A DNA stretch of 64,000 bases, taken from NCBI GenBank assembly GCA_038890615.1, contig JAWAFI010000001.1, positions 98,611-162,610 of the forward strand, given 5' to 3'. This DNA is from Candidatus Anstonellales archaeon (GTDB lineage Archaea > Micrarchaeota > Micrarchaeia > Anstonellales > J096). Shown here in pieces: positions 1-9,523 of the stretch. Under the pieces are notes generated by a model. That model was not told the DNA's origin and did no database searches. It saw only the letters and a list, made by a program, of their open reading frames with translations. The position numbers and the translations under genes were made by a program. Within the stretch, counting starts at the first letter, position 1, and the number at the start of each line of letters is the position of its first letter.

Positions 1-961
1 CAAGGTTGAATACGAGGAGAGAATTGGTTGACAGCTCCTTTACCTTTGGGCGCTCGGAAGAGCCAACGAGGCGCATCTTGCCTAACTCATGCAGGCGCCC
101 AACAAGCTCGTTCACTGTGGAAACCTTATTCTTGTTTTTCTCTCTTGAGCCAGAGGCCTCCACGATCTCAATCAAGTTCTTGAGCGAGGGCTTTAGGTTC
201 TGCTCCCTTATCGCTTCCTTGAATTGGGAGAAGCACTCGCTATACAACCGCTCTTGGGGAGTAGAAAGCTCAAACCACTCAGAGAGGCAGGAAGGATTAA
301 GCTTAGTAACAGGAATCCTTATCTCCTTTGCATCTACCAGCGTTGTCTTCTTTGAGAAAGAGGGATCATGCTTGAAGTCAGAATATTCGTTGTGCATGTC
401 CATCACTACAACCGCAGGTGTTGGAAGCTGGGAATTTACAAGTTCCTCGATTATTACTGTAGTTAAGTAGGATTTGCCTGCTCCGCTCATGGCGAGGATG
501 GCCATGTGCTTTTGCAAGGTACGGTTGAAGTCAAGCACTGCCTTTGTGGAATGGTTTTGCACAGTGCCTATGCTAAGCCCTTCTTGGGCAAATCCAATGA
601 ACTTGCTTAAATCAGAGTCAGGCATAAGGAAGACATCCTTTCCTGGTGAAGGAGGTGTAAAGGAGCGAATGAACATTCCTTCAGGGGACTTCCTCCCCAT
701 TGTGCGCGCAAGCGCAACTATGTATTCTCCTTCCTGGTGCGGAAAATGGTTTATTATGCCTCCCTCGCGCTCGTAATCAGAAACTATCTCAGGGTCCTCA
801 AAGTAGCGGTTGAGCCTGAAAATCTCGTTGACAAATGCGATTACTGCTCCTTGCGGGTCTGAAACCTCTACAAACTGGCCCTTGCGCACATCACCGAGCA
901 CAAGGAAATAAAACTCCGTAGTGGAGGGGGTATTGTTGAATGATATGACGCGCCCTATCAT
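1..961 (-). CDS. HerA/FtsK-like ATPase (HAS-barrel + P-loop), 3' part runs off the window
   Basis: Not in the ORF track. Manual translation from ATG at 961: MIGRVISFNNTPSTTEFYF..., then the Walker A region KHMAILAMSGAGKSY and the VVVMDMHNEY motif typical of the HerA family. Confidence 0.85.
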   Translation of the reverse strand, partial: MIGRVISFNNTPSTTEFYFLVLGDVRKGQFVEVSDPQGAVIAFVNEIFRLNRYFEDPEIVSDYEREGGIINHFPHQEGEYIVALARTMGRKSPEGMFIRSFTPPSPGKDVFLMPDSDLSKFIGFAQEGLSIGTVQNHSTKAVLDFNRTLQKHMAILAMSGAGKSYLTTVIIEELVNSQLPTPAVVVMDMHNEYSDFKHDPSFSKKTTLVDAKEIRIPVTKLNPSCLSEWFELSTPQERLYSECFSQFKEAIREQNLKPSLKNLIEIVEASGSREKNKNKVSTVNELVGRLHELGKMRLVGSSERPKVKELSTNSLLVFNL

Positions 962-1016
962 CAGCTAAAAGTAGGGGAGAGGATTTATAAAGCATAGCGT
1001 AGGATTTCGCCAATGC

Positions 1017-2732
1017 CTACTTTCCAAAATAGCGCGATGCCTCCTCTGCATCAACGCGCAGCCTGTTGCTTCGCATAAGCTCAGGAAGCGAAGAATACGA
1101 AGAGCAGAGCTTTTTCAATTCAGGGCCAGAGATTCGCTTAAGGCCTGCTTCATCTATGGCCTTTTCCACTGAAACACCTTTGGACACTGCATATCTCAAA
1201 ACATCCTTTATAGCTGCTTTTACTATATGGCCTTTCCTGAATGCCTGCACAACCTCTCCAAGCATTTTCTCGGTTGGCTCAATCCCTTCCCTGCGCAGCT
1301 CAATCACATCTCGGGTAAAAAGAGTGGAAAGGAACCCTTCGCCCAAATCAAGATTATCGCAAATCAAAGGGAGGTAGGGGCTTAGGAATATCTCATCTGC
1401 CCTCCCCCTGAAAACCTTGGAAATGGCAGAATAGCGCTCTGTAAAGGAAGGTATTTCAGGAAGCTTGGGAAGCGGAGTCGTTTCTATGTCTGTTTCAGGG
1501 TACATGCGCGCCTTGCCTGGAAGGGGGCGCTGGTAAGAAGTGGTCCCATCAGGATTAGCTTTCCTAGTTTCACCAGGGACTTCAAGCAATAAGGCACGCT
1601 TTAGAACTAGCTGTAAAGCAATCTTTGCCCTTTCCTTTTCTCCAAAGGTTATTATAAATGCATCATTTGCAGAGCAATGGAGGGCTTTTTCTACTAGATG
1701 ACGCTCGATCCCGTACTTTTCAATTTCCTCATCGCTGTGGATTATGCCCAGGCCAACAGCCGATGCATATTCGCTTAGCTCCTTGCCAAAGCGCTTTGCG
1801 CCTATCATCGTGCCTAGGATGCCCTTGAAGCCCTTCAGCTTAACCCCTATTACTGATTGGCCGGAGGACAGGGCTTTTTGCAGGAGTTTTGACTTTGTGC
1901 CCTTTAAGGCCTCAGAAAGGTCAACCAAAGAGGGGTTTTGGGAAGGAATGGACTTAATAGTTGAAATTATTTTCAACAATGCCTGCTGCCTCCTGACCTC
2001 CTCTTTTACGTATTCAGGGAGCATAGGAAGCTCCTGCACCCCTTTTATCTCAACCCTTGCGCCTCCTGGGATTGATACATTTAGGTCTTGGCGGATTGTG
2101 CCAATGCCCCTTGCAACCTTGCCTGTGTTGCGCAGTATCAGGCCTATCTTAAGCGCTGTTTCATAAGCTTGCTCAGGGCTTCTTATCTCTGGAGTGGTAG
2201 TTATCTCAACAAGAGGGATGCCAAGCCTCCTTAAGTCAAGCACGCGCTCATTTTGCGAATCAGAAACAATGCCTGCGCTTTCCTCTTCAATGGCAACAGT
2301 CTCTATGCCAACGGAGCCAAATGAGGTTTGCAGGGAGCCGTTTAGTCCTACTAGCGCAGTGCGCTGGAAGCCGGAAACATTGCTACCATCAACTACTATC
2401 TTGCGCATAACTTGAATAGAAGGCAGGAGTGTGCAGTTGAGCTCCTTTGCAATGAAAGCAGCAATAGACAGGGCTTCCTTGTTGATTGGATGTGGCGGCT
2501 CCTCATCTGCCTCAACAGCACAGCAAGAAGAAGGGTAGAACTGGTAAGTAAAGAGCTTCTGCTTCGCCTGCTCATGCAGGGCAGCTGAGTCAATCTCTCC
2601 CATCTCGCTCATAGTGGTGTGTAGCCTGCGCTTAAATGTGAAAAAATTTTCATCTTTATCATCAGGGTAAGGGCAGGCGCAAAATAACTTTTTGGTGTTC
2701 AGGCGCTGGTGGATTTCAAGCCCTATCTTCAT
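1017..2732 (-). CDS. gatE: Glu-tRNA(Gln) amidotransferase subunit E
   Basis: MKIGLEIHQRL, KLFC, MRKIVVDGSNVSGFQRT, RGIGTIRQDLNVSI, RMYPETD motifs; start reset to the ATG just past the proS stop. Confidence 0.95.
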   Translation of the reverse strand: MKIGLEIHQRLNTKKLFCACPYPDDKDENFFTFKRRLHTTMSEMGEIDSAALHEQAKQKLFTYQFYPSSCCAVEADEEPPHPINKEALSIAAFIAKELNCTLLPSIQVMRKIVVDGSNVSGFQRTALVGLNGSLQTSFGSVGIETVAIEEESAGIVSDSQNERVLDLRRLGIPLVEITTTPEIRSPEQAYETALKIGLILRNTGKVARGIGTIRQDLNVSIPGGARVEIKGVQELPMLPEYVKEEVRRQQALLKIISTIKSIPSQNPSLVDLSEALKGTKSKLLQKALSSGQSVIGVKLKGFKGILGTMIGAKRFGKELSEYASAVGLGIIHSDEEIEKYGIERHLVEKALHCSANDAFIITFGEKERAKIALQLVLKRALLLEVPGETRKANPDGTTSYQRPLPGKARMYPETDIETTPLPKLPEIPSFTERYSAISKVFRGRADEIFLSPYLPLICDNLDLGEGFLSTLFTRDVIELRREGIEPTEKMLGEVVQAFRKGHIVKAAIKDVLRYAVSKGVSVEKAIDEAGLKRISGPELKKLCSSYSSLPELMRSNRLRVDAEEASRYFGK

Positions 2733-2733
2733 T

Positions 2734-4155
2734 TCAGTAGGTCCTTTGGACATAGCCCACCACGCGTGTTTCTTTCCCGCAAACAATGCATTTGCCTTTC
2801 TCCCCATCTTCGAGAGATGTGCCAAAAAGCTCTATGCCCTCTTCTATCTCCGCTATCTTGTGCCAGCAGGGCTCTGTGTTGCAATAGTGCACAACAGCGA
2901 TGTTGCCGGAGTTTATCTCATCCTTAAGCTGTGATTCTTTGGAGCATGGCCTAAGCTTCGAGATCAGGGCTTCCTTTGATTTTGCGCGCATGGAATCAGA
3001 GATTGAGGAGAGCAGCCCCTTTACTGAATTAGTGACTTTATCCATACTTAACTCCTGCTTTTGAAGGGTGTCCCGGCGGAAAACAGAAACAACGCCTTTT
3101 GAGAGTTCCTGCTTGCCTAATTCAATGCGCAGCGGGACGCCTTTTATTTCCCAATTGTAGCGCTTTGAGCCGAGAGTTTCGCTAGAGGAATCAACATCAG
3201 CCCTGATGCCTTCTTTTATCAGCAATCCCTTTAGCTTGTTTGCCTCTTCAAGCTGGGCATGTGATATCGGGATTATTATTGCTTGTATTGGCGCTATGGA
3301 AGGAGGCAGCACGAGCCCTCTTTCATCCCCAAATGAAGCAATTACTGCTGCAAGGAAGCGCGCGCCATTCCCAGTGCAGGTCATCCATGCATATTCCTCT
3401 TCCCCTCTTTCGTTCCTGAACTTTATGTTGAATTTTCTTGAATATGCCTGGCCAAGATTGTTAAGTGAGCCGTTCTCAAGCACACGGCCGTTCGGCATCA
3501 CTGAGTAGTATTCTATTGCCCCAACTGCCCCAGGAAAAACTTCCCATTTTGGCTTTACAACCTTTAGCGGGGTTATGCATAATGAATCCCATATAGAATC
3601 CCAAATGGCCATGTGGAACCTTATTTCTTCCTCAGCTTCCTGCTTTGTTGCATGGCAGGTGTGTATTTCGTGCCAAACTGTGATTTCCCTGTCGCGTATC
3701 AAAGGGCGGGTATGCTTTGTTTCGTAGCGGAAGCTTGAGACCGTTTCATATATTTTGAGCGGGAGGTCCCGGTAGGAATGGATCCATAAAGAAAACATTG
3801 GGTACATTGCGGGCTCTCCTGTAGGGCGCAGAACATAATCCTGCTTGCCATCCTTGCCACCGCTTACATAAAAGGCCTCGTTCTCAAAGCCTCTCCACCA
3901 TTCGTCATTTATGCGCGCATATTCTAGCGGAACCAAAAGAGGGAAGTACATCTCCTTGTATCCATTGGCTTTAAGCTGGGAATCCCACAGGGATTTTATG
4001 CGAAGCATTATGTCATACCCCCACGGAAGCCAAACAAAAGCCCCTTTGACATTATACCGCTTGTCTATTATCCCTGCTGCCTCAACTACCTTGGTATACC
4101 ACTTGGAAAAATCATCTGCATCTTTTAAGGCATCTGGAGTGTCTATGTCATGCAT
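2734..4155 (-). CDS. proS: Proline--tRNA ligase (archaeal/eukaryotic type)
   Basis: FSKWY, LRPTGE, SYRDLPLK, FRYETKHTRPLIRDRE, GLVLPPSIAP motifs; C-terminal Zn-binding domain. Confidence 0.95.
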   Translation of the reverse strand: MHDIDTPDALKDADDFSKWYTKVVEAAGIIDKRYNVKGAFVWLPWGYDIMLRIKSLWDSQLKANGYKEMYFPLLVPLEYARINDEWWRGFENEAFYVSGGKDGKQDYVLRPTGEPAMYPMFSLWIHSYRDLPLKIYETVSSFRYETKHTRPLIRDREITVWHEIHTCHATKQEAEEEIRFHMAIWDSIWDSLCITPLKVVKPKWEVFPGAVGAIEYYSVMPNGRVLENGSLNNLGQAYSRKFNIKFRNERGEEEYAWMTCTGNGARFLAAVIASFGDERGLVLPPSIAPIQAIIIPISHAQLEEANKLKGLLIKEGIRADVDSSSETLGSKRYNWEIKGVPLRIELGKQELSKGVVSVFRRDTLQKQELSMDKVTNSVKGLLSSISDSMRAKSKEALISKLRPCSKESQLKDEINSGNIAVVHYCNTEPCWHKIAEIEEGIELFGTSLEDGEKGKCIVCGKETRVVGYVQRTY

Positions 4156-4205
4156 AACTTAACATTAATGAAAGGGTTTAAAAAGTTGAGAGGTGATAAT
4201 TTGTT

Positions 4206-5909
4206 ATGAAAAGCAAGGAATTAATTGAAAACAAAGAAGTTTTAGAAAAAGGCAAAAAGGGAATAAAAGCGGAGATAAAAGAGGATGAGGAGGATGAAAT
4301 AGACGAGAAGAAGGTTTTGAAGAAGGTTGTTAGCGCTATTAAGAAAGGGAAGGAGGATAAGGAGGCATTTAAAGAACTTAGGATCGTAAACGAGTACAAA
4401 AAACAGGAAATTGGAAAGGAAAAATCTAAAGAGCTTGGGCTCAACCTAGGTAATGATTATCCTGGAGATTTGAAAAGGTATGTACGCTTCATTTTAGAAG
4501 GAGCAGATATAAACGCCAAGAACGATGAAGGATGGACTTTGCTTATGATGGCTGCTTATAGGGGTCATAAGGAGATTGTTGAGCTGCTTATTAGGGCAGG
4601 TGCAAGAATTGATTTTAATGAATTGGCTAATGATAGAACTACATTGCTAATGTGCGCTTCATCTGGAGGGATTGCTGAACTAGTAGAGAAAATTATAGGA
4701 ATGGGGCCAAATATTAACGCGCAGGATAAATATGGAAATACGGCGTTGATGTTGGCTGCTGGAAAAGGACATAAGGATATCGTTGAGATGCTGATAAAGG
4801 CTGGGGCTGATGTGAATGCTAGAAAAAAAGATGAAAGCACAGCACTCATATTAGCAGCTGAAAAAGGGCGTAAGGAAGTTGTAGAGCTTCTTATTGCCAA
4901 TGGGGCTGATGTTAATGCCAAAACCGAAAATGGAATGACTGCCCTTATGAACGCCGTTTGGAATGGGCATAAGGAAGTTGTGGAGGTTTTAATCAAGGCT
5001 GGGGCTGATGTGAATGCCAAGGACAGCACTGGCAATACAGCTTTTACTTGGGCCGTTCATAATGGCCCTAAAGAGGTGGTGGATCTTCTTATTGCCAATG
5101 GGGCTGACATTAGCGTTAAGGATAATTGGGGAAATAACGCGCTAATTGCAGCTGCTACTGGCGGGCATAAAGATATTGTTGAATTCCTGATTGCCAAGGG
5201 GTTTAATGTAAATGCTACCAACAATTATGGTATTAGCCCGCTTATAGCTGCTGTTGAATACCAGCATAAGGAAGTTGTAGAGCTTCTTATTGCCAATGGG
5301 GCTGATGTTAATGCTAAGGATAATGAGGGGAAGACTGTGTTGATTGCAGCTGCTGAAGGCAGGAAAAAAGAGATTATGGAGATGCTTATTAGGGCAGGGG
5401 CTGATGTGAATGGTAGGGATAAATATGGAAGTACGGCGCTGATTGAAGCTTCTAGGAATGACCGTGATGAAGCTGTAAAGGTATTGATAGCCAATGGGGC
5501 TGATGTGAATGCCAGGGACAATTATGGAAGGACGGCACTTATTGCAGCTTCTAGGATAGGTTCTAAGTACGCAGCAGAGATTCTTATTAAGGCAGGGGCT
5601 GATGTGAATGCCAAGGATAATGAGGGTAGGACAGCGTTAATGGAGGCTATTTGGGATGGGTTTAATGATATGGTGGAGACGCTTATTAAGGCAGGGGCTG
5701 ATGTGAATGCCAAGGATAATGAGGGTAAAAGCCCACTCATGGAAGCTATTTCATACCACCGCAAGAGTATGGTGGAGATGCTTATTAAGGCAGGGGCTGA
5801 TGTGAATGCCAAGGATAATGAAGGCAATTCTGTCCTTGGCTATGTTAACAAATTGAGTGAAGATATTAATATTAAGGAGATCCTCATAAATGCAGGTGCA
5901 AAGCCTTAG
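4206..5909 (+). CDS. Ankyrin-repeat protein (~14 repeats) with a charged N-terminal extension
   Basis: Repeated GADVNAKDxxGxTAL...GHKEVVELLIxx units of 33 aa. Confidence 0.95.
   Translation: MKSKELIENKEVLEKGKKGIKAEIKEDEEDEIDEKKVLKKVVSAIKKGKEDKEAFKELRIVNEYKKQEIGKEKSKELGLNLGNDYPGDLKRYVRFILEGADINAKNDEGWTLLMMAAYRGHKEIVELLIRAGARIDFNELANDRTTLLMCASSGGIAELVEKIIGMGPNINAQDKYGNTALMLAAGKGHKDIVEMLIKAGADVNARKKDESTALILAAEKGRKEVVELLIANGADVNAKTENGMTALMNAVWNGHKEVVEVLIKAGADVNAKDSTGNTAFTWAVHNGPKEVVDLLIANGADISVKDNWGNNALIAAATGGHKDIVEFLIAKGFNVNATNNYGISPLIAAVEYQHKEVVELLIANGADVNAKDNEGKTVLIAAAEGRKKEIMEMLIRAGADVNGRDKYGSTALIEASRNDRDEAVKVLIANGADVNARDNYGRTALIAASRIGSKYAAEILIKAGADVNAKDNEGRTALMEAIWDGFNDMVETLIKAGADVNAKDNEGKSPLMEAISYHRKSMVEMLIKAGADVNAKDNEGNSVLGYVNKLSEDINIKEILINAGAKP
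5583..5822 (+). repeat. 99-bp-period DNA repeats inside the ankyrin gene
   Basis: cttattaaggcaggggctgatgtgaatgccaaggataatga occurs identically at 5583, 5682 and 5781. Confidence 0.9.
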
Positions 5910-6040
5910 AGAGAACAGAATATCTTAATATAGAAGTTAAAGATAAGATGTGTGACAAAAGAATTGGAGAAATATTAAATTACATGCTGTAGAGAGTCAC
6001 AAATGAGAATATTTAAAAAACATCTGCCTTATTCCTACGC

Positions 6041-9000
6041 ATGAGAATAAAAGAAGTCAGGATGCGCGGCTTCAAGTCCTTTAACAAGGCCCGCATTGAG
6101 CTCCCCTCCAATGTTGTATGCATATCAGGGCCAAATGGAAGCGGCAAAAGTAACATATGCGATGCCATAAGGTTTGCAATGGGCGAGTCAAGGCTAAGCA
6201 AGCTAAGGGCAAAGAAGGTGAAGGACCTCATAAACCTTTCCGGAAAAACAGCAGAGGTCGAGCTTATTATTGATAACGGGAAGGAAGTGAGGATAAAGAG
6301 GGCAATAAGGGAGGATGGGAAGGTCCTCTACAAGATGGATGGAAAACGGGTAAAAAGGCACAGCGTACAGGAGTTCTTTAGGAGGCTTGGGATAGATGGG
6401 AGCTGGAGGAATGTAATAGCGCAAGGAGAGGTTGACTGGCTGTTGAAGGTAAGCGGGAGGGAGAGGAGGCAGGTGGTTGATGCCGCAGCAGGGATAGTTG
6501 AATTTGAGGAGAAAAAAGAAGAGGCGCTTAAGAACTTGGAGGTTGTTGATGGGAGGATAAAGGAGGCATCGCTCATTCTTGGCGAGAAGCAGAGCTACCT
6601 TGATGAGCTGAAGAAAGAAAAGGAAAGGGCAGAAACTTGGATGGCAGAGGAGAAGAGATTCAAGAGCGCAAGGATGGGGCTCATAAAGGCTGAGAAGGCC
6701 GATGTGGAGAAAAAGCTTGTTGAGATAAACAAAAAGATGAGGGAGCTGGATATATTGGCAGGCGCTGCTAGAGAAGAAATGGCAAAGATAGAGGAAGCAG
6801 AGAAGCAGATTGATGCCCAGAGGAAGGAGATGCTCGCAAGGCTGGAGAAATCCCAAAACAAAGAGAATATAACCAAGATTGAACGGCTTAAAGCTGAGGT
6901 GGAGAGCCTTGAAAAGAGGAAGCAGGATTACTTGGAGCAGGCAGAATTGCTCAAAAACAAGATCATAAAAGGGCATAATGAGCTTAAGGAATTGGAGGAA
7001 AAGGCAAGAACCCTTGAAGCAGAGCTGAAGGAGCTTGGGGCGCATGCTACAGAGAAAGCTGAGGAACTAAAGATAGAGAAAGAGGAGGGCATTGATGAGA
7101 TTGTAAGTGCAATAGAAGAACTGAGGAACAAAAAAGAGATGCTTCTTGCAGGCAAGGCAGAGCTGCTGCCCAGATTGGGGGCTATGAAGGCAGAGAAAGA
7201 AAGGGCAGAAGCGCAGAAAAAGGAAGTAGAGGAAGCAAAGAAAAGGATTCAGGAGATAGAGAGGGAATCAAAGGAGTTGTTCAAAAAGGAGAAGGAGCTT
7301 AATGAGGAAATAAAGGAAATAGACAGAAGGATTCTTGAGCTAAGGGAGAAGATGGCCGTAAGGAGCGCTGTTGTAAGGCCCCCTGTGCTTGATGTCATTG
7401 AGGGGCTAAAGAAAGAGATTGATGGCATTTATGGGCCTGTAGGCAACCTAATCTCCTGCGCACCAGAGTATGAAAGCGCTGTTGGCTCTGCTGCCGGCTC
7501 TAGGCTCGCCTATGTTGTTGTTGAGGACTTGGACACTGCAGAGAAAGTAATAAAGAGGATAAAAAACATCGGGAGGGCGACCTTTATACCTCTAAAGGAG
7601 ATAAAGGAGGAAAGGAAGGTTGAAGGAAGCATTGCAGATGTAATTGAGTTTGACCAGCAGGTGGCAAAGGCAATAAACTACATTTTCGGGGGCACAAAGC
7701 TAGTTAGAGATTTCGGAGAGGCGAAGAAGAACCTTTATACAAGATGCGTTACATTAGAGGGGGAGCTTTTTGAGGCAAGCGGGGTGGTTAGCGGAGGCAA
7801 GGAAAAGCGCAATGCGCTTGATATGTTCAAATCAGCAAAGACAGAAGAGGAGATTGAGGCAGAGAGCGAGAGGAGGAAGGCAGTGATGGATTCGCTCAAC
7901 GAGCTCAGGAAAGAGATGAGCGAACTCAGAGGCGAAAAGGCAGCACTTGACATAAAAGTAAGGGAAGCAGTTGGCACTCCTGTTGAAGGGGTTGAAGTGC
8001 TTGAGGCGAAAGTGGCAGGCATTGATGCTGAGATTGCAGCTATTGATGGAGAGCTATCAAATCTTGAAGCAAAGCTTGAGAAGGCAATGGCAGAAAGGGA
8101 AGAGAAGGCAAAGGAGATGGAAAGGAAGCTAAGGGAAAGGGAGGAAAGCATACAGAGGGCTGCTTCGATAAGAGGGGACATAAAGGCAAAGGAGAAGGAG
8201 ATGGAGATTGCCAATTCAAGGGCGTTGGAGGTAAGGAAGGAGATTGAGGAGAACGAAAAAATGAAGAAAAGCCTTGAGAAGAAGATAAGGGAGGCAGATG
8301 AGGAGATGCTAGCAAGAGGGGAAGAGGTAATAAAGCTTGAGGCGATAATGGAAGAAAGCAGCAAGGAGGAAAAAAGGCTATATGCAGAGTTGCGTAAGCT
8401 GGAGGAGAAGTACAGCGAGATTGGAAGGCAGAAGGTAGAAATAGCAAAAAGGGCTGAAAAGGCAGAAAGGGAAAAAAACAAGATGATGGTTGAGGAGGCC
8501 TCGCTCAGCACCAAGCTCCAGGACCTTATGAAAAACTACGATGAGAATGTTGAGGCAATGGAAGGAGAATGGGAAGAGCTGGAAAGGATAGTAAAGCAGG
8601 CAGAGGAAACGATGAATTCATTAGGGCAGGTTAATTTCGCAGCCCCAGAGCTTTACGAAAAGAAGAAAGCAGAGGCAGATGATGTAAAAAGAAGGATAGA
8701 GGTGCTTAGCAAGGAAAGGGAGAAGGTAATGGAGATGATGGCTTCATTGGAAGAGAGGAAAAAAGAGGCCTTTTTCAAAACGTTTGAGAAGGTTGCAGAA
8801 AACTTCAGCTCTATGCTTAAGCAAATGCTAGGCACAGAAGGTTATGTTTACCTTGACAAGCCATCAAGCCCTTTTGAAAGCGCCATGCACTTCAAGATAA
8901 CAAAGAATGTAAACGGCATAAAGAAGGAAATGAACATAGAGATGCTTTCAGGGGGGGAGAAAAGCTTAGTTGCACTGGTTTTCATATTCGCCCTGCAGTT

Positions 9001-9220
9001 TGTGAAGCCATCTCCTTTTTACATACTTGATGAAGCTGATGCAGCACTTGACAAGGAGAACGCGCCCAAGCTTGCGCAGTTCCTGAAGAAGCAATCTGAA
9101 ACCGCCCAATTCATAGTTGTTTCACACAACGAGAACGTAATAAAAGAAGCGGATGTTGTTTATGGGGTTGCAAGAGGGGAAAAAGAGTCCCGCATATTTG
9201 GTATAAAGATTAAAGATTAG
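6041..9220 (+). CDS. smc: Chromosome segregation protein SMC
   Basis: GFKSF, Walker A GPNGSGKSN, hinge GRATFIPL, LSGGEKS signature, FYILDEADAALD. Confidence 0.95.
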   Translation: MRIKEVRMRGFKSFNKARIELPSNVVCISGPNGSGKSNICDAIRFAMGESRLSKLRAKKVKDLINLSGKTAEVELIIDNGKEVRIKRAIREDGKVLYKMDGKRVKRHSVQEFFRRLGIDGSWRNVIAQGEVDWLLKVSGRERRQVVDAAAGIVEFEEKKEEALKNLEVVDGRIKEASLILGEKQSYLDELKKEKERAETWMAEEKRFKSARMGLIKAEKADVEKKLVEINKKMRELDILAGAAREEMAKIEEAEKQIDAQRKEMLARLEKSQNKENITKIERLKAEVESLEKRKQDYLEQAELLKNKIIKGHNELKELEEKARTLEAELKELGAHATEKAEELKIEKEEGIDEIVSAIEELRNKKEMLLAGKAELLPRLGAMKAEKERAEAQKKEVEEAKKRIQEIERESKELFKKEKELNEEIKEIDRRILELREKMAVRSAVVRPPVLDVIEGLKKEIDGIYGPVGNLISCAPEYESAVGSAAGSRLAYVVVEDLDTAEKVIKRIKNIGRATFIPLKEIKEERKVEGSIADVIEFDQQVAKAINYIFGGTKLVRDFGEAKKNLYTRCVTLEGELFEASGVVSGGKEKRNALDMFKSAKTEEEIEAESERRKAVMDSLNELRKEMSELRGEKAALDIKVREAVGTPVEGVEVLEAKVAGIDAEIAAIDGELSNLEAKLEKAMAEREEKAKEMERKLREREESIQRAASIRGDIKAKEKEMEIANSRALEVRKEIEENEKMKKSLEKKIREADEEMLARGEEVIKLEAIMEESSKEEKRLYAELRKLEEKYSEIGRQKVEIAKRAEKAEREKNKMMVEEASLSTKLQDLMKNYDENVEAMEGEWEELERIVKQAEETMNSLGQVNFAAPELYEKKKAEADDVKRRIEVLSKEREKVMEMMASLEERKKEAFFKTFEKVAENFSSMLKQMLGTEGYVYLDKPSSPFESAMHFKITKNVNGIKKEMNIEMLSGGEKSLVALVFIFALQFVKPSPFYILDEADAALDKENAPKLAQFLKKQSETAQFIVVSHNENVIKEADVVYGVARGEKESRIFGIKIKD

Positions 9221-9439
9221 CTAAGCCTTTTCGCCAAAGGCGCTTGTTTTTCCGAGCCCTGTTATTTTCACTTTTATCCTCTCGCCTTCTTTTGCGTCCG
9301 CATTCTTTACGAATATCACAAAGCCGTTGTATTTTGCAACAATGTCGCCTTTCTTTCCTTTGCCTACTACCTCTGCCTCCACTACATCGCCCTCGTTTAC
9401 GGGCTTGGGAAGGAGGCCTCCTCTCTCTATGTTATCCAT
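9221..9439 (-). CDS. Single TRAM-domain RNA-binding protein
   Basis: PVNEGD...GKKGDIVAKYNGFVIFV...VKVKIT-like pattern of archaeal stand-alone TRAM proteins. Confidence 0.85.
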   Translation of the reverse strand: MDNIERGGLLPKPVNEGDVVEAEVVGKGKKGDIVAKYNGFVIFVKNADAKEGERIKVKITGLGKTSAFGEKA

Positions 9440-9523
9440 TTTCTCACCTTTGCTCGCAGTATAAAGGAAGCTACCTTTTAAACCTTTACTTTATGCATAA
9501 AAAGCAAAGATTAAAGTTTAGGG

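Noticed and set aside
4500..5830. CRISPR-like periodic repeats
   Set aside because: The period is 99 bp and in frame, encoding ankyrin repeats; no cas genes
6203..8835. Long S/F/L-rich antisense ORFs (also opposite many other genes)
   Set aside because: Shadow frames of purine-rich K/E codons on the coding strand
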